DNA of 64,000 nucleotides from an uncultured Clostridia bacterium (GTDB lineage Bacteria; Bacillota; Clostridia; Christensenellales; UBA1242): NCBI GenBank assembly GCA_947628205.1, contig CANQYX010000001.1, positions 4,380 to 68,379 of the forward strand, read 5' to 3'. Shown piece by piece: positions 63,089 to 64,000 of this stretch (position 1 is its first letter; each line of letters starts with the position of its first letter). The notes under the pieces were generated by a model. It saw only the letters and a program-made list of their open reading frames with translations, ran no database searches and was not told where the DNA came from. The position numbers and the translations under genes were made by a program.

Positions 63089-63775
63089 ATGAAAAAATTT
63101 TTATCAATTTGCGTGTGTTTGGCTTTGGTTTTAGTTTGCGGACTTACGCTTGTTGCTTGCGGAAAGGATAAACCAAAAACTATGACTCAGGCTGACTTTG
63201 AAAAAGCAATCGCTGACGCAAAAGAAAGCGAAGTTGTTAAACTTTCGGGCGATGTAACTTTAAGCAAGGCAGTTGAAATTGGCAAAAAGGTGGCAATTGA
63301 CCTTAATGGCCACAAAATTTTGGAAAATGTTAAGTATGAGGACAAGAATGACGCGCAGCACACCACTATGTTTTTAATAAACAAAAACGGCGATTTAACC
63401 GTTAGTGGCAAAGGCAGCGTTGAAACTGACGACCTTATCATTTTCTGGCTTCATGGCACAACAAAAACAGATGCAAAATTGCAAATCGAGGCAGGCGAAT
63501 ATATTGGCGATGAATCTGATGTCGTTTATGTAACTGGTGGCACTGCAACAATCACTGGTGGAACATACAAAATTGATTCGCACGTTAAATACACCCTAAA
63601 TTTGCAAGACAACAATGCAAATGCAGAAATTGTTGTTAAGGGCGGAACTTTCCACAATTACGACCCATCAAATTCTGCAAGTGAAAAACCTGTTAAAAAC
63701 TTTGTGGCAGAGGGCTTTAAAGTTGAAACTAGCAAAGATGGCAAAGTGTTTACAGTTGTTGAAGACAAAAAATAA
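63089..63775 (+). CDS. lipoprotein, single-module paralogue of the 922-aa lipoprotein
   Basis: Lipobox LVAC. DLNGHKI, IFWLH and VKGGTFHNYDPSN match module motifs of 29975-32743. Confidence 0.8.
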   Translation: MKKFLSICVCLALVLVCGLTLVACGKDKPKTMTQADFEKAIADAKESEVVKLSGDVTLSKAVEIGKKVAIDLNGHKILENVKYEDKNDAQHTTMFLINKNGDLTVSGKGSVETDDLIIFWLHGTTKTDAKLQIEAGEYIGDESDVVYVTGGTATITGGTYKIDSHVKYTLNLQDNNANAEIVVKGGTFHNYDPSNSASEKPVKNFVAEGFKVETSKDGKVFTVVEDKK

Positions 63776-63793
63776 AAATATCAATTAACTTAA

Positions 63794-63825
63794 AAAGAGC
63801 TTTATTTAGATAAAGCTCTTTTTAT
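63794..63825 (+). terminator. rho-independent terminator
   Basis: aaagagcttta-tttaga-taaagctcttt plus a T run. Confidence 0.65.
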
Positions 63826-63923
63826 TTTTCAAGCAGATTTAAAATCAAAACAAGGAAAATTAAACGACCTACAAATCTTTTGTTAAAAATAAAATTTTGT
63901 GTTATAATGTTGTTGAGGTGTTT

Positions 63924-64000
63924 ATGAAAGACAAATCTATTTATGAAGAATTTGATGCCGAACTTAAAGCTAACGACAAATTGGTTGAGCAAGAAAAGAA
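63924..64000 (+). CDS. hypothetical protein, 5' fragment (continues beyond the window)
   Basis: ATG after GAGGTG, with TGtTATAAT upstream. Only 25 codons are visible. Confidence 0.35.
   Translation, partial: MKDKSIYEEFDAELKANDKLVEQEK

Overview
The window is AT-rich and gene-dense, and it looks like the replication-origin-proximal region of a low-GC, probably anaerobic, Firmicutes-like bacterium using the standard genetic code. All calls rest on motif recognition in the supplied translations and on reading the DNA; no searches were run. Origin-region housekeeping genes are present but rearranged: soj/parA, spo0J/parB, rpsF-ssb-rpsR, prfB, nifS-nifU, mnmE, mnmG, rsmG, recF, dnaA and dnaN, with dnaA and dnaN divergent. 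tmk, alaS, metG, tag, mscL and two tRNAs (Arg-ACG, Leu-CAG) are also here. The first 18 kb is a surface-glycan locus containing:
- a priming phosphoglycosyltransferase;
- two Wzy/O-antigen-ligase-like proteins;
- several glycosyltransferases, including GT2-GT4 and Wzy-GT2 fusions;
- a frameshifted capsule-synthesis gene;
- a GtrB/GtrA/GT-C type module.

The most unusual content is in this locus. A compact glycyl radical enzyme (GRE) is encoded in the same open frame as a Wzx flippase, and its radical-SAM activase overlaps it downstream. I know of no described role for a GRE in glycan assembly.

Other notable signals:
- The three G/C homopolymer tracts of 9-10 nt that I found all sit in or just upstream of surface-structure genes, which suggests phase variation.
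- A mosaic REP/MITE-like repeat family (GTCATTCTGAGCG...GAAGAATCTC) occupies seven loci, one of them in frame inside mnmE.
- A second family of long T-arm/A-arm palindromes is concentrated around dnaA and dnaN.
- Three perfect parS palindromes lie between parA and parB.
- A cluster of perfect DnaA boxes lies 37 kb from dnaA.
- A 23-bp tandem repeat lies between ssb and rpsR.
- A small toxin/immunity-like cassette sits between rpsR and tag.
- A recurrent TATAAT-N6-7-ATG arrangement suggests frequent leaderless mRNAs.

I saw no rRNA, CRISPR array, transposase or integrase.
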